Shown: positions 1-8,497 of the stretch, piece after piece
Layout of the letters: every line of letters begins with the position of its first letter
How positions within the stretch are numbered: position 1 is the first letter of the stretch
NCBI GenBank assembly: GCA_023428265.1
Contig: JAEYYW010000185.1
Location: forward strand, 1-63,775
Origin: Bacillota bacterium
GTDB taxonomy: Bacteria > Bacillota > Clostridia > Christensenellales > UMGS416
DNA: 63,775 nt
Direction: 5' to 3'
Program-made: the position numbers and the translations under genes
The notes under the pieces: model-generated
What the model was told of the DNA's origin: nothing
The model's database searches: none
What the model saw: only the letters and a program-made list of their open reading frames with translations

Positions 1-865
1 AGGCGACCTTTCGCTCCCCAATCCGGGGCACAACGGCGGGCACAAGGAAAATCTGCACGATGGAAACCGCAACGCCTCCCAGCACCATCAGCAACGTGAC
101 CTGGCCCTGGTCGGAGAGAAAGCGGCGGATCAAATAAACCGAGCCCACGCTGTTTACACCGTTAGCGGCAAGGTTGAACACGCTCATCACCAGCAGCACC
201 CAGAACGCCGCCGGCTTGCTGAGGATCCTGCCGATCGGCCCGAAGGGGTTGAACGCGGCGATGGTCAGCGGGCTGGTGTCTTTGTGCTCCATGGATAGCG
301 TTTCAGGCAGAAGGAAAAAGCCGGCCGCCAGGCTCAGCGCCATCAAGACGGCAGCCACATAAGCCGGTGCATAAAGGCCCAGCGTGCTGATGGCCGATCC
401 GAGCGCCGGGCCCGCCACCAGGCCGACACCCCAGGCCAGGCCCACCAGCGAGAAATTCTTTGCGCGCTCGTGGGGCTCTGAGACATCGGCGATGACGGCG
501 CTGGCTGTGGACATGTTGCCGCCGGCAAAACCGGAGACTGCCCTGGACAGGAAAATCACGCCGAGCGAGCGGGCAACCCCAAACACAAGATAACCCGCCA
601 CCGACCCGGCAAGGCTCATCAGCAGCACCGGCTTGCGGCCAAACCGGTCGCTCAACCTGCCGAGTATGGGGGCCGCGATGAACTGCGCCGCTGAAAAGAT
701 CGTGCTGAGCATCGTGACCATCATCGCCTCGGGGCTGTATTGGCCCACGATAAACGGCGCGATCGGGAAAAACATGCTCAGGCCGATAACATCCATCAGC
801 ATGATGAAAAACGCCAGGCCCAATATGGCCTTTTTTCCGGCGGCTTTGTTTGGCTTCCGATTCAT
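1..865 (-). CDS. MFS transporter, DHA1/TetA-like efflux family (C-terminal part lies outside the window)
   Basis: Absent from the ORF track because it runs off the window edge. Hand translation of the minus strand from ATG 865-863 gives MNRKPNKAAGKKAILGLAFFIMLMDVIGLSMFFPIAPFIV...LGRLSDRFGRKPVLL (MFS motif A, GxLSDRxGRK) and many hydrophobic helices. GGAG lies 7 nt upstream of the ATG. Confidence 0.8.
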   Translation of the reverse strand, partial: MNRKPNKAAGKKAILGLAFFIMLMDVIGLSMFFPIAPFIVGQYSPEAMMVTMLSTIFSAAQFIAAPILGRLSDRFGRKPVLLMSLAGSVAGYLVFGVARSLGVIFLSRAVSGFAGGNMSTASAVIADVSEPHERAKNFSLVGLAWGVGLVAGPALGSAISTLGLYAPAYVAAVLMALSLAAGFFLLPETLSMEHKDTSPLTIAAFNPFGPIGRILSKPAAFWVLLVMSVFNLAANGVNSVGSVYLIRRFLSDQGQVTLLMVLGGVAVSIVQIFLVPAVVPRIGERKVA

Positions 866-882
866 CTGTTTACTCCGGCACG

Positions 883-914
883 AAAAGAAGCTGCAAATTT
901 GCATTTGCAGCTTC
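883..914 (-). terminator. Intrinsic terminator downstream of rpmA
   Basis: Perfect 12-bp stem gaagctgcaaat / atttgcagcttc (887-914) with a 4-nt loop. On the minus strand it is followed by TTTTCGTG. Confidence 0.7.
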
Positions 915-930
915 CGTCATGCAGTGTTGC

Positions 931-1197
931 TTAGTTTGCCTGGGCCGCGGGGTACACGCTGACCTTCTTGCGGTCTTTGCCATAGCGCTCAAACTTCACA
1001 ACGCCATCCACCAGCGCGAAGAGCGTGTCGTCGCTGCCGATGCCCACGTTGTTGCCAGGATGCAGCTTGGTGCCGCGCTGGCGGACCAGGATGTTGCCGG
1101 CCAGCACCGCCTGACCGTCGCTGCGCTTCACACCCAGCCGTTGCGCATTGCTGTCGCGGCCGTTCTTGGTGGAGCCTACGCCTTTTTTATGAGCCAT
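931..1197 (-). CDS. rpmA: 50S ribosomal protein L27
   Basis: [25 protein letters not shown]...[17 protein letters not shown] is a canonical L27 sequence. It starts directly at the mature N-terminus. Confidence 0.95.
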   Translation of the reverse strand: MAHKKGVGSTKNGRDSNAQRLGVKRSDGQAVLAGNILVRQRGTKLHPGNNVGIGSDDTLFALVDGVVKFERYGKDRKKVSVYPAAQAN

Positions 1198-1237
1198 TCA
1201 TCTCACCTCCGGTCAATGGCTTTCAGGAGAACTCAAA

Positions 1238-1549
1238 TCAATGGTTGATGGCTGTGATCTCAACCTGTGTGTAGGGCTGCCTGTGGCCCTGCTTGCGACG
1301 ATAGTTCTTCTTGGACTTGAACTTGAACACCACGATCTTCTTGCCTTTGGTCTGGCGGACGATCTTGCCTTCCACCTTCACATTGTCAAGCACCGGGGCG
1401 CCCACGCGGATGTCTTCGCCTTCGTCGGAGAAGAGCACCGTGTCAAACGTGATGGCCGCGCCGTCTTCCAAAGCCAGCTTCTCCACATAGATGCTGTCAC
1501 CGACCTGGACGCGGTACTGCTTGCCACCTGTTTTGATAATCGCGTACAT
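1238..1549 (-). CDS. rplU: 50S ribosomal protein L21
   Basis: [25 protein letters not shown]... is a canonical L21 sequence. The start was moved to the internal ATG (1549), which is preceded by AAAGGAGGTAAACCTC. The track ORF extends 19 codons further upstream. Confidence 0.93.
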   Translation of the reverse strand: MYAIIKTGGKQYRVQVGDSIYVEKLALEDGAAITFDTVLFSDEGEDIRVGAPVLDNVKVEGKIVRQTKGKKIVVFKFKSKKNYRRKQGHRQPYTQVEITAINH

Positions 1550-1579
1550 GAGGTTTACCTCCTTTTGCCAGTCTCGCCG

Positions 1580-1611
1580 AAAAAAGGCAGGCTGACGCCA
1601 TTTCAAGCCTG
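1580..1611 (-). promoter_or_regulatory. Terminator-like hairpin in the rplU 5' leader (possible L21-leader type attenuator)
   Basis: The minus strand reads CAGGCT-tgaaatggcgtc-AGCCTG followed by CCTTTTTT. It lies between the predicted promoter and the rplU SD. Confidence 0.4.
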
Positions 1612-1633
1612 TTCCGTGCGGCTATACCGCAAT

Positions 1634-1663
1634 ATAATACCACTTGGTGAATATTTCTGTCAA
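1634..1663 (-). promoter_or_regulatory. Sigma-70-type promoter of rplU-rpmA
   Basis: Minus strand: TTGACA (1663-1658), 18-nt spacer, TATTAT (1639-1634). Confidence 0.6.
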
Positions 1664-1713
1664 TTCAAATTCTTTGTTGAAATTTTCATTGCAAGCAAAC
1701 GGCTTTCATTTGG

Positions 1714-1742
1714 TTGGTAATCCATTTTCCATGTGATATACT
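1714..1742 (+). promoter_or_regulatory. Sigma-70-type promoter of whiA-crh (extended -10)
   Basis: TTGGTA (1714-1719), 17-nt spacer ending in TGa, TATACT (1737-1742). This places the TSS near 1749 and favours ATG 1764 over GTG 1746. Confidence 0.55.
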
Positions 1743-1763
1743 ATAGTGGAAGGGCGGGAGTCC

Positions 1764-2723
1764 ATGTCTTTTTCGGCAGGTGTGAAAGAAGAGCTGGCCG
1801 GGTTGCCTTTGGGCAATCCCTGTTGCCGCCGCGCCGAGCTGGCGGGCGTGATGCTTTCAGCCGGATCCATGCATCTGCGGGCCGGCGGCCTGCAGGCGGA
1901 AGTTTCCACCGAGAGCCCGGTCATCGCCCGAAAAGTCTTCAAGCTCATCAAATCGCTGTATGGCATCCAGCCGGCCATGGTGCAGAGTGAGCGCCACCGC
2001 CTCAACCGCAACTACAGCTACCGCGTCACGATTGAAGACAGCACCGCTGCCAGAAGGGTGCTGGAAGACGTGGGTGCGCTGAACAGCGGGGAGATCGCCG
2101 GCGACGGCGTGCAGGCCAATCTGGTGCGCCTGAGCTGTTGCGAGGGGGCCTTTCTACGGGGTCTTTTCCTGGGGTGCGGCTCCATGTCTGATCCGGGAAA
2201 AGGCTACCATCTGGAGCTTGTGCTGGAAGACGAGCAGCTTGCCCGAAGCGCTGTGGCCTTGCTGGCCGGTGCGGAGATCAATGCCCGCATTGTGGTGCGC
2301 AGCGGCAAGCAGGTGATTTATATCAAGGAAGCAGACCATGTGTCTGGTTTTCTGGCCACGATCGGCGCCCACGGGCAGATGTTGACGTTTGAGAGCATCC
2401 GCGTGGAAAAAGGCGTGCGTAACACGGTCAACCGCGTGGTCAATTGCGACACGGCCAACATGGACAAAGCCCTCCGCGCCGCCGCGGCCCAGGTGGAAAA
2501 CATCCTTCTGATCGAGCGGGTATCTGGCTTGCAGAAGCTGCCGGAAACGCTCCGGCACACGGCGGAAGCCCGGCTGGAAAACCCCGACGCCACGTTGGAA
2601 CGGTTGGGAGAGCTCATCGGTGTGAGCAAATCGGGTTTGAACCACAGATTTCGAAAAATCGCCGATATGGCTGAAGAAATCAGAACCCGGGAGGAGTATC
2701 AGCATGACCATAAAGAGGCTTAA
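1764..2723 (+). CDS. whiA: DNA-binding protein WhiA (sporulation/cell-division regulator)
   Basis: MSFSAGVKEELAGLPLGNPCCRRAELAGV... with LAGLIDADG-like middle region and C-terminal HTH (LGELIGVSKSGLNHRFRKI). The start was moved to ATG 1764. Confidence 0.9.
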   Translation: MSFSAGVKEELAGLPLGNPCCRRAELAGVMLSAGSMHLRAGGLQAEVSTESPVIARKVFKLIKSLYGIQPAMVQSERHRLNRNYSYRVTIEDSTAARRVLEDVGALNSGEIAGDGVQANLVRLSCCEGAFLRGLFLGCGSMSDPGKGYHLELVLEDEQLARSAVALLAGAEINARIVVRSGKQVIYIKEADHVSGFLATIGAHGQMLTFESIRVEKGVRNTVNRVVNCDTANMDKALRAAAAQVENILLIERVSGLQKLPETLRHTAEARLENPDATLERLGELIGVSKSGLNHRFRKIADMAEEIRTREEYQHDHKEA

Positions 2724-2970
2724 CGTGAGCACAGAAGACGGCCTGCAGCCAAAAGCGGCGGCGCTGCTGGTGCAGGTTGCAAGCAAATATACCTCCTCAA
2801 TCCTGCTGGAGCAGGGCAGCAAGCGGGTGAACGCAAAATCGATCATGGGCGTGCTGTCGCTGAAGCTGCGCCGGGGCGATACCCTCCTGCTGGCCGTGTC
2901 CGGCGACGATGAAGACGAAGCTGCGGAATCCATCGCGCAACTGATTGAAAAGGGCGAAGCAAAGCAATAA
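2704..2970 (+). CDS. crh: HPr-family protein of the Crh type (Gln at the His15 position, Ser46 region retained)
   Basis: 88 aa. GLQPKAAALLVQ aligns with GIHARPATLLVQ of HPr (His15 replaced by Gln). KSIMGVLSL is the Ser46 HprK site. It sits directly after whiA, as crh does in Bacillus. GGAGGAG SD; overlaps the whiA stop. Confidence 0.75.
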   Translation: MTIKRLNVSTEDGLQPKAAALLVQVASKYTSSILLEQGSKRVNAKSIMGVLSLKLRRGDTLLLAVSGDDEDEAAESIAQLIEKGEAKQ

Positions 2971-2974
2971 CACC

Positions 2975-3011
2975 CCGGCCGCCATACAGGCGGCCGGTTT
3001 TCCATTTTTTT
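2975..3011 (+). terminator. Intrinsic terminator after crh
   Basis: ccggccgcc-ataca-ggcggccgg followed by tttccattttttt. Confidence 0.8.
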
Positions 3012-3252
3012 GATATTCCTTTATCACATGGCAAGAAAATAACGATATATCCCATTGAGGCATTTGCAGCCGGCGATGCCTCGATTTTGTGTGCCGGGGA
3101 AACTCAGCTACAAGATGGGGTGGACTCCGCTAATTTTTTATTGTTTTTCATACCAGGATCGTGATATAGTTTACTATCGGCAAAACAATCCATAAAAACC
3201 GGTTCTTCCCAAGTTTTCGCCATAACCCAGTTCGTCGAAGGGATCGCTGAAG

Positions 3253-4071
3253 ATGGACATCACCACTATTCTCGGCATCGTCATTGCGCTTGGCGGCATT
3301 GTCGGCGGCTATATCATGGAATCCCACGGCGGCATTGCAAAAGCGTTGGCAGCTCTCTGGTCCCCCACCGCGGCCCCCATCATTCTGGGCGGCACGATCG
3401 GCGCGGTGCTGGTATCGTTCCCACTCAATGAGCTGAAGCTGATCGGCTCCATGTTCAAGGCCATTTTCTTCAACAAGAAGCTCAACGAAGTGCAGACAAT
3501 CCAGACCATGGTGCGTTTTTCAGAAATCGCGCGCAAGGAAGGCCTTCTGGCACTGGAAGGCGAGGTCGCCAAGATCAAGAACCCATTGATCGAAAAGGGC
3601 CTGAAGCTGATCATCGACGGCACGGAGTCTCAAACGACCAAAGACATCCTCAGCTGGGACATGCACCTGCAAAACGACGTATTCATGCGCGGCTCCAAGC
3701 TGTTTGCCGCCGCCGGCGGGTTTTCTCCCACAATGGGCATCATCGGCACGGTGATGGGCCTGATCACCGTGCTGGCCGGAAACCTGGAAGATCCGGCAGA
3801 GCTCGCAAAGGGCATCGCAACGGCATTCATCGCCACACTGTATGGCGTGAGCCTGGCAAACCTGCTGTGGCTCCCCTTTGAAAACAAAATCAAGGTGAAA
3901 GCCTCCCGCCAGCGACTCATCAACGAGCTGATCATTGAGGGCGTGCTCTCCATCCAGGCCGGAGACCATCCGGACACGGTGCGTGACAAAATGAGCTTGG
4001 CATATTTTGAAAAGTCTTCCGGCAAAAAAGCTGCCGCCGCGCCCAAGAGCGCCGCTGAGGAAGAAAAATGA
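3253..4071 (+). CDS. motA: Flagellar motor stator protein MotA (MotA/TolQ/ExbB proton channel)
   Basis: 272 aa, 4 TM. Motifs GGFSPTMGIIGTVMGLI and ATLYGVSLANLLWLPF are typical of MotA. ATGA-coupled to motB. Confidence 0.88.
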   Translation: MDITTILGIVIALGGIVGGYIMESHGGIAKALAALWSPTAAPIILGGTIGAVLVSFPLNELKLIGSMFKAIFFNKKLNEVQTIQTMVRFSEIARKEGLLALEGEVAKIKNPLIEKGLKLIIDGTESQTTKDILSWDMHLQNDVFMRGSKLFAAAGGFSPTMGIIGTVMGLITVLAGNLEDPAELAKGIATAFIATLYGVSLANLLWLPFENKIKVKASRQRLINELIIEGVLSIQAGDHPDTVRDKMSLAYFEKSSGKKAAAAPKSAAEEEK

Positions 4072-4916
4072 AAGGGCACGAAGAGCACGAAAAGGAGAAT
4101 GGTGAGCGCTGGCTGCTCACCTATGCCGACCTGATCACGCTGTTGCTGGCGTTCTTTATCATCATGTTTTCCATGAGCAACCTGGACAAGGAAAAATACA
4201 AGGCGGTCATCCAGTCTCTGGGCAACGCGTTCGGCGCGGTTTCCGGAGAAGGCGACGGAGCCGGGGCCGGCGGCGAGCTGAACTACCCGCTGTTTTCCCC
4301 CGGGTCATCGCAACCGCCGGGGTCCGGCACGGCCTCTGCGGCTGCCGGCCAGGCAAGCGCACCGGCGATCTCTCCATTGGTTTCCGCCTCACCGCCCGGG
4401 GGAGGCATCGGCAACGCCATTGAGACGGAGGCCATGGAAAACGCGCAAGAGCAGGTGCGGGGCCTTTTGGCGCAGGAGCACCTGGACAACGACGTGTCAG
4501 TCACCATGCGCGCAAGGGGGCTGGTGATCAGCATCAACTCCCGCGTGCTGTTTGCCAGCGGAAAATCAGACCTGGCAGCCTCCTCAGAAGACCTGGTGCT
4601 GCACATCGCCGATGTGTTGGCGCCTTTGGCCGATAACCAGATCCTTGTGGAGGGCCACACCGACTCCGACCCGATCCACACGGCGCAATTTGATTCAAAC
4701 TGGGAGTTATCGGGATGTCGCGCTTCCACGGTGCTTCGGCTGCTGCTTTCCACCGGGAAGCTGAAAGAAGAAAACATGTCCGCCGTGGGCTACGGCGAGT
4801 ATCGACCGATCGCGCCCAATGACACACCGGCCAACAAAGCTAAAAACCGGCGGGTCAACATCGTGATCCTGAAAGACGATTACAACAAGGGCATCGACAT
4901 CAAGTCGGCAGACTGA
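4068..4916 (+). CDS. motB: Flagellar motor protein MotB (OmpA-like peptidoglycan-binding C-terminus)
   Basis: ERWLLTYADLITLLLAFFIIMFSMS plug/TM with the conserved Asp. C-terminal OmpA-like VEGHTDSDPI...NRRVNIVIL. Contains an unusual Gly/Ala/Ser/Pro-rich linker. Confidence 0.88.
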   Translation: MKGHEEHEKENGERWLLTYADLITLLLAFFIIMFSMSNLDKEKYKAVIQSLGNAFGAVSGEGDGAGAGGELNYPLFSPGSSQPPGSGTASAAAGQASAPAISPLVSASPPGGGIGNAIETEAMENAQEQVRGLLAQEHLDNDVSVTMRARGLVISINSRVLFASGKSDLAASSEDLVLHIADVLAPLADNQILVEGHTDSDPIHTAQFDSNWELSGCRASTVLRLLLSTGKLKEENMSAVGYGEYRPIAPNDTPANKAKNRRVNIVILKDDYNKGIDIKSAD

Positions 4917-4944
4917 GCAGGCGGCAAAGGCAGGATCCGGCACT

Positions 4945-4974
4945 CTCTCCCAAACGCGCGGGGAGAGGGTTTTT
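4945..4974 (+). terminator. Intrinsic terminator after motB
   Basis: ctctccc-aaacgcgcg-gggagag followed by ggtttttg. Confidence 0.6.
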
Positions 4975-5069
4975 GTATGCCGGCCATGCAAGAATCCGGA
5001 TCGTATGAGCAAAGGAAAATGATGGAATACTAATCCCGAAGGACTCAAACCCGGAGGGATTGGTCGCCA

Positions 5070-5669
5070 ATGCGAAAAACCTCAACCTTCACGATGTATA
5101 CCGCCGCAGTGCTCCTGTGCATCCTCGGCACGGTCATGGCCATTGCCGGCGATTCCTGGTCCGCCAGAAATAGCCTGCCCCGGCTTGGATCCGCAGAGCC
5201 GGCGGGATCACAGGCCCCAGCCGGTGTGAATCTGGGTGAAAGCCTGCAAAGCCCGCAGCCCGATCTCATTGTCACCGATGGCATGAGCGTGTTTTGGATC
5301 ACCACCTATTCCACCTGTGGGCACACGATGGTGCGGGAAGAGGCTCCGGACAGCCGGTTGGTTGGAAAAAAGCTGGAAGAATTTGCCGGATATTATCCGG
5401 ACTACAAGCTGTCTCTGGTAGACGGCAACATCCGCATGGACCGCACCATTTATCAATACTGCCCGGATCACTACATCATCAAGAGCGACAGCACCGGGAG
5501 CATTTTTGTCTATCGCAATCTGGGCGGTCTGGACAAGCTGACAATGGTCACAAAGCTGTCGTTTCCGGTCGAATCGATTCCGCCGGATTACCGGCCATTG
5601 CTGGAAGAAGGCATGGCCTTTGGCAGCATCGAGGAGATTGAGGGTTTGATTGAAGACGCGGAGACATGA
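5070..5669 (+). CDS. Membrane-anchored BofC-like protein (sporulation checkpoint family)
   Basis: N-terminal signal/anchor. The C-terminal half (YIIKSDSTGSIFVYRNLGG...LEEGMAFGSIEEIEGLIE) resembles the BofC C-terminal domain (YIGVSDNGVISTFHG...LLKGIPFRTKAEFEDVIE). Confidence 0.45.
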   Translation: MRKTSTFTMYTAAVLLCILGTVMAIAGDSWSARNSLPRLGSAEPAGSQAPAGVNLGESLQSPQPDLIVTDGMSVFWITTYSTCGHTMVREEAPDSRLVGKKLEEFAGYYPDYKLSLVDGNIRMDRTIYQYCPDHYIIKSDSTGSIFVYRNLGGLDKLTMVTKLSFPVESIPPDYRPLLEEGMAFGSIEEIEGLIEDAET

Positions 5670-5854
5670 CGGCCAGCCGCTACTGTTTGCTTCTTGTTAC
5701 CGTTTTCGCCACATCAAGCGGGATACGGACCGATCTGATTGACAAACACCAACCCCGTGGCCCACAATACCGCTAACAGAATATATTACGGAGCCGCCTT
5801 GCCGGGCACATGTCCGGCAGCCAGGCGCCTCCGAATAACGGCGGGGAGAGCTCA

Positions 5855-6880
5855 ATGGAAACAATGAGACTGGGGCGAACCGGCATCACCGTGTGTCGCA
5901 CCGCATTTGGCGCGCTGCCGCTGCAGCGGACCGAAACGCAGGAAGCCGTGCGCATCCTGCAGAAAGCTTTTGAGAGCGGCATACAATTCTTTGACACAGC
6001 GCGGGGATATAGCGACAGCGAGCAGAAAATTGGTCTTGCGCTTTCCTCAGTCCGCAGGCAGATCACCATCGCCACAAAGAGCACCGCGCAAGACAAGGAG
6101 ACGCTGCACAAGCATCTGGCTGAAAGCCTGAAGATGCTGCGCACCGATTATATTGACGTTTATCAGCTTCACAACCCGGCCACAGTGCCGCTGCCGGGCG
6201 ACGAGCTCTATGAGCAGATGCGGATGCTCAAGCAAAGCGGCGCGATCCGCTTCATCGGCGTGACCTGCCACAGGCTGGACAACGCGCTGCTGGCCGCCCG
6301 GTCCGGGCATTATGACACAGTGCAGTATCCGCTATCCTATCTTTCGAGTGCAGAAGACTTGCAACTGGCCAATGCCTGCGAAGAAAACGACGTGGGCCTG
6401 ATCGCAATGAAGGCGCTGTCTGGCGGGCTGATCACATCGGCGCCGGCGGCATTTTCCTTTCTGCGCCAATATGGCAATGTACTGCCCATCTGGGGCATCC
6501 AACGCATGGAAGAGCTGATGGAGTTCCTCGCTTTGGAGCAAAACCCGCCTGTGCTTGGCGGCAAGCTGCAGGAGATCATCGACCATGACCGCAAGGAGCT
6601 CTCCGGCTCGTTTTGCAGGGGCTGCGGCTATTGCCAACCCTGCCCGGCCGGCATCCCGATCTTCACGGCGGCCAGGATCTCGCTGCTGCTGCGGCGGGCG
6701 CCCTATCAGCAGTTTCTCACAGAGCAATGCCAGCAGGCCATGGAGACGGTGGAGGAGTGCACCGGGTGCGGTCACTGCACCTCCCACTGCCCCTACGGGC
6801 TGGACACACCTTCGCTGCTGCGGGCCAATCTGAAAGACTACAGGGAGTTTGTCAAGCAGCACGCAGCGGAAATGCGGTGA
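5855..6880 (+). CDS. Aldo/keto reductase fused to a C-terminal 2x[4Fe-4S]-type Cys domain
   Basis: METMRLGRTGITVCRTAFGALPLQR...FFDTARGYSDSE is AKR-like. The C-terminus has CRGCGYCQPCPAGIP and CTGCGHCTSHCPYGL. The start was moved to ATG 5855 (GGGGAGAG SD). Confidence 0.8.
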   Translation: METMRLGRTGITVCRTAFGALPLQRTETQEAVRILQKAFESGIQFFDTARGYSDSEQKIGLALSSVRRQITIATKSTAQDKETLHKHLAESLKMLRTDYIDVYQLHNPATVPLPGDELYEQMRMLKQSGAIRFIGVTCHRLDNALLAARSGHYDTVQYPLSYLSSAEDLQLANACEENDVGLIAMKALSGGLITSAPAAFSFLRQYGNVLPIWGIQRMEELMEFLALEQNPPVLGGKLQEIIDHDRKELSGSFCRGCGYCQPCPAGIPIFTAARISLLLRRAPYQQFLTEQCQQAMETVEECTGCGHCTSHCPYGLDTPSLLRANLKDYREFVKQHAAEMR

Positions 6881-6923
6881 ACAGGAAAGGCGGCTTGATC
6901 AGCCGCCTTCCCCATTTCATTGG

Positions 6924-8399
6924 CTATTTTGCGCTTTCCTCTTTGGCGGCTCCATCCATCACCACAAAACGGTCCTTCCCGCTTCCCTTGGCCTCATAGA
7001 GCGCCATGTCTGCCCGGTAAATCAACGTGTCCACCGTGTCTACGCTCGATGCCGCCGTGACGCCCAAACTGATTGTGGTGTTGAAACTTTCAAACTCCGG
7101 CGTGTGGCGGATGCTTTCAAAGAACCCCTCGATGGCCCGCAGCGTCTCCTCCCGACCGGCGCGAAGGAAGCCGGCATACTCATCGCCGCCCCACCGTGCG
7201 ATCTCCCCCTTGCCGGAAAACGCCTGCTGCGCCAGGCGGCCATAAAGTCGCAGGATGTTGTCGCCCACCAAATGGCCGTGCTGATCGTTGATTCTCTTGA
7301 AGTTGTCCACATCAAACACGAACACGTGCAAAGGACCGCCGCCGATGGCACTCTCCAGCAGGTCGTTGAAGCCCCGGCGGTTTGGCAAGCCGGTGAGCTG
7401 GTCGGTTATGGCCATGCTGAGCAGCGTCGTCTCCTTTTGCCGCACAATGCGGTTCACCACAATCAGCACCAGAAGCACCACCATCACATAGATCAATATG
7501 TCCTTCAAAAGCTGTGACCGGAAGGATTGCTCCAGCACGGACGTATCCTTCTTGATGAGCAGATACCAGTTCAGGTCTTCAATGTACCGTGTGATCTGGT
7601 AGCCATCTGAAGTCCTGTCACGATATTCATAGGTGCGCAGGTTGTGGCGGTCGCCAACAATCTCCTCCCTGTGAGATAACAGCGCAGTCTGGTCAAACAC
7701 ATTGTCCTGGCCGATGTTTTTCGCGTCGGAATGCGAATGCACCTGCACCACGCCATCCCCACTGAACAGCAGCGCCTCCAACTGGAAGTTCTGCTCAAAA
7801 TGCCTCAGCAGGTCCTGCACATGGTCAATCTCCACCCCCACGCCGGTCACACCCAGCAGATTTCCAGACTCGTCTGTGACGCGGCAGTTGACGAAAACCG
7901 ATAGCCTGTTGTGGTTTGCCTCGTCGGTGTCAACATCCAGGTCGTAGGCTGTGTTCTGATCAAGAAAATCCCAATACCAACGATCATGGTCGTCGTCGGG
8001 CGATATCACTTTGTTGATCCCCTGATAGTGGTAATATGTCTTTGTGGTCTCGGAGACCATAAACACCGACTCATAGCCATACTTCTCCTTGAGCCCCCGC
8101 AGATACTCCTGCAGCTCGATCAGGTGCTCCAGAGAGTCTTCACCGGAGGCTTCGGCGCGCAGCCAGCCCTTCAGAAAGCTGTCGTTGGCCATTGTGAGTG
8201 ACACAAAGATCGGCTTGGTGAGCTCATTTCGGATGTCCGCATAGATGTTGGTGGCAGTGAGCCTGGAAATGTTGGCGATGTCATTGCGGATAATCTTGCT
8301 GTATGTGGCGGAGCTTGTGAAACCCACCGCGATGAATCCGGCCAGAATGATCGCGCAGATGAGGATATTCAAAGAAACCCGGCGGCTTCTTCTCATCAA
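6924..8399 (-). CDS. Diguanylate cyclase (GGDEF) with an extracytoplasmic Cache-like sensor domain
   Basis: Two TM segments flank a sensor of about 270 aa. The C-terminal GGDEF domain contains DQLTGLPNRRGF...FDVDNFKRINDQHGH...ARWGGDEYAGF (GGDEY variant). No RxxD I-site is seen 5 residues upstream. Confidence 0.85.
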   Translation of the reverse strand: MMRRSRRVSLNILICAIILAGFIAVGFTSSATYSKIIRNDIANISRLTATNIYADIRNELTKPIFVSLTMANDSFLKGWLRAEASGEDSLEHLIELQEYLRGLKEKYGYESVFMVSETTKTYYHYQGINKVISPDDDHDRWYWDFLDQNTAYDLDVDTDEANHNRLSVFVNCRVTDESGNLLGVTGVGVEIDHVQDLLRHFEQNFQLEALLFSGDGVVQVHSHSDAKNIGQDNVFDQTALLSHREEIVGDRHNLRTYEYRDRTSDGYQITRYIEDLNWYLLIKKDTSVLEQSFRSQLLKDILIYVMVVLLVLIVVNRIVRQKETTLLSMAITDQLTGLPNRRGFNDLLESAIGGGPLHVFVFDVDNFKRINDQHGHLVGDNILRLYGRLAQQAFSGKGEIARWGGDEYAGFLRAGREETLRAIEGFFESIRHTPEFESFNTTISLGVTAASSVDTVDTLIYRADMALYEAKGSGKDRFVVMDGAAKEESAK

Positions 8400-8497
8400 A
8401 ACCTCCAGAGTATGTAATCATATATAACAATTGTAGCCCACCACGCTGCGGTTCTCAATAAAAAAAGGGAAACATGACAAAAAAGATGCCGCCAGGG

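Noticed and set aside
3012-3252. A sigma-D (sigma-28) flagellar promoter upstream of motA.
   Set aside because: A GCCATAA-like element near 3218 has no TAAA at the required 15-nt spacing. No convincing promoter could be called by eye.
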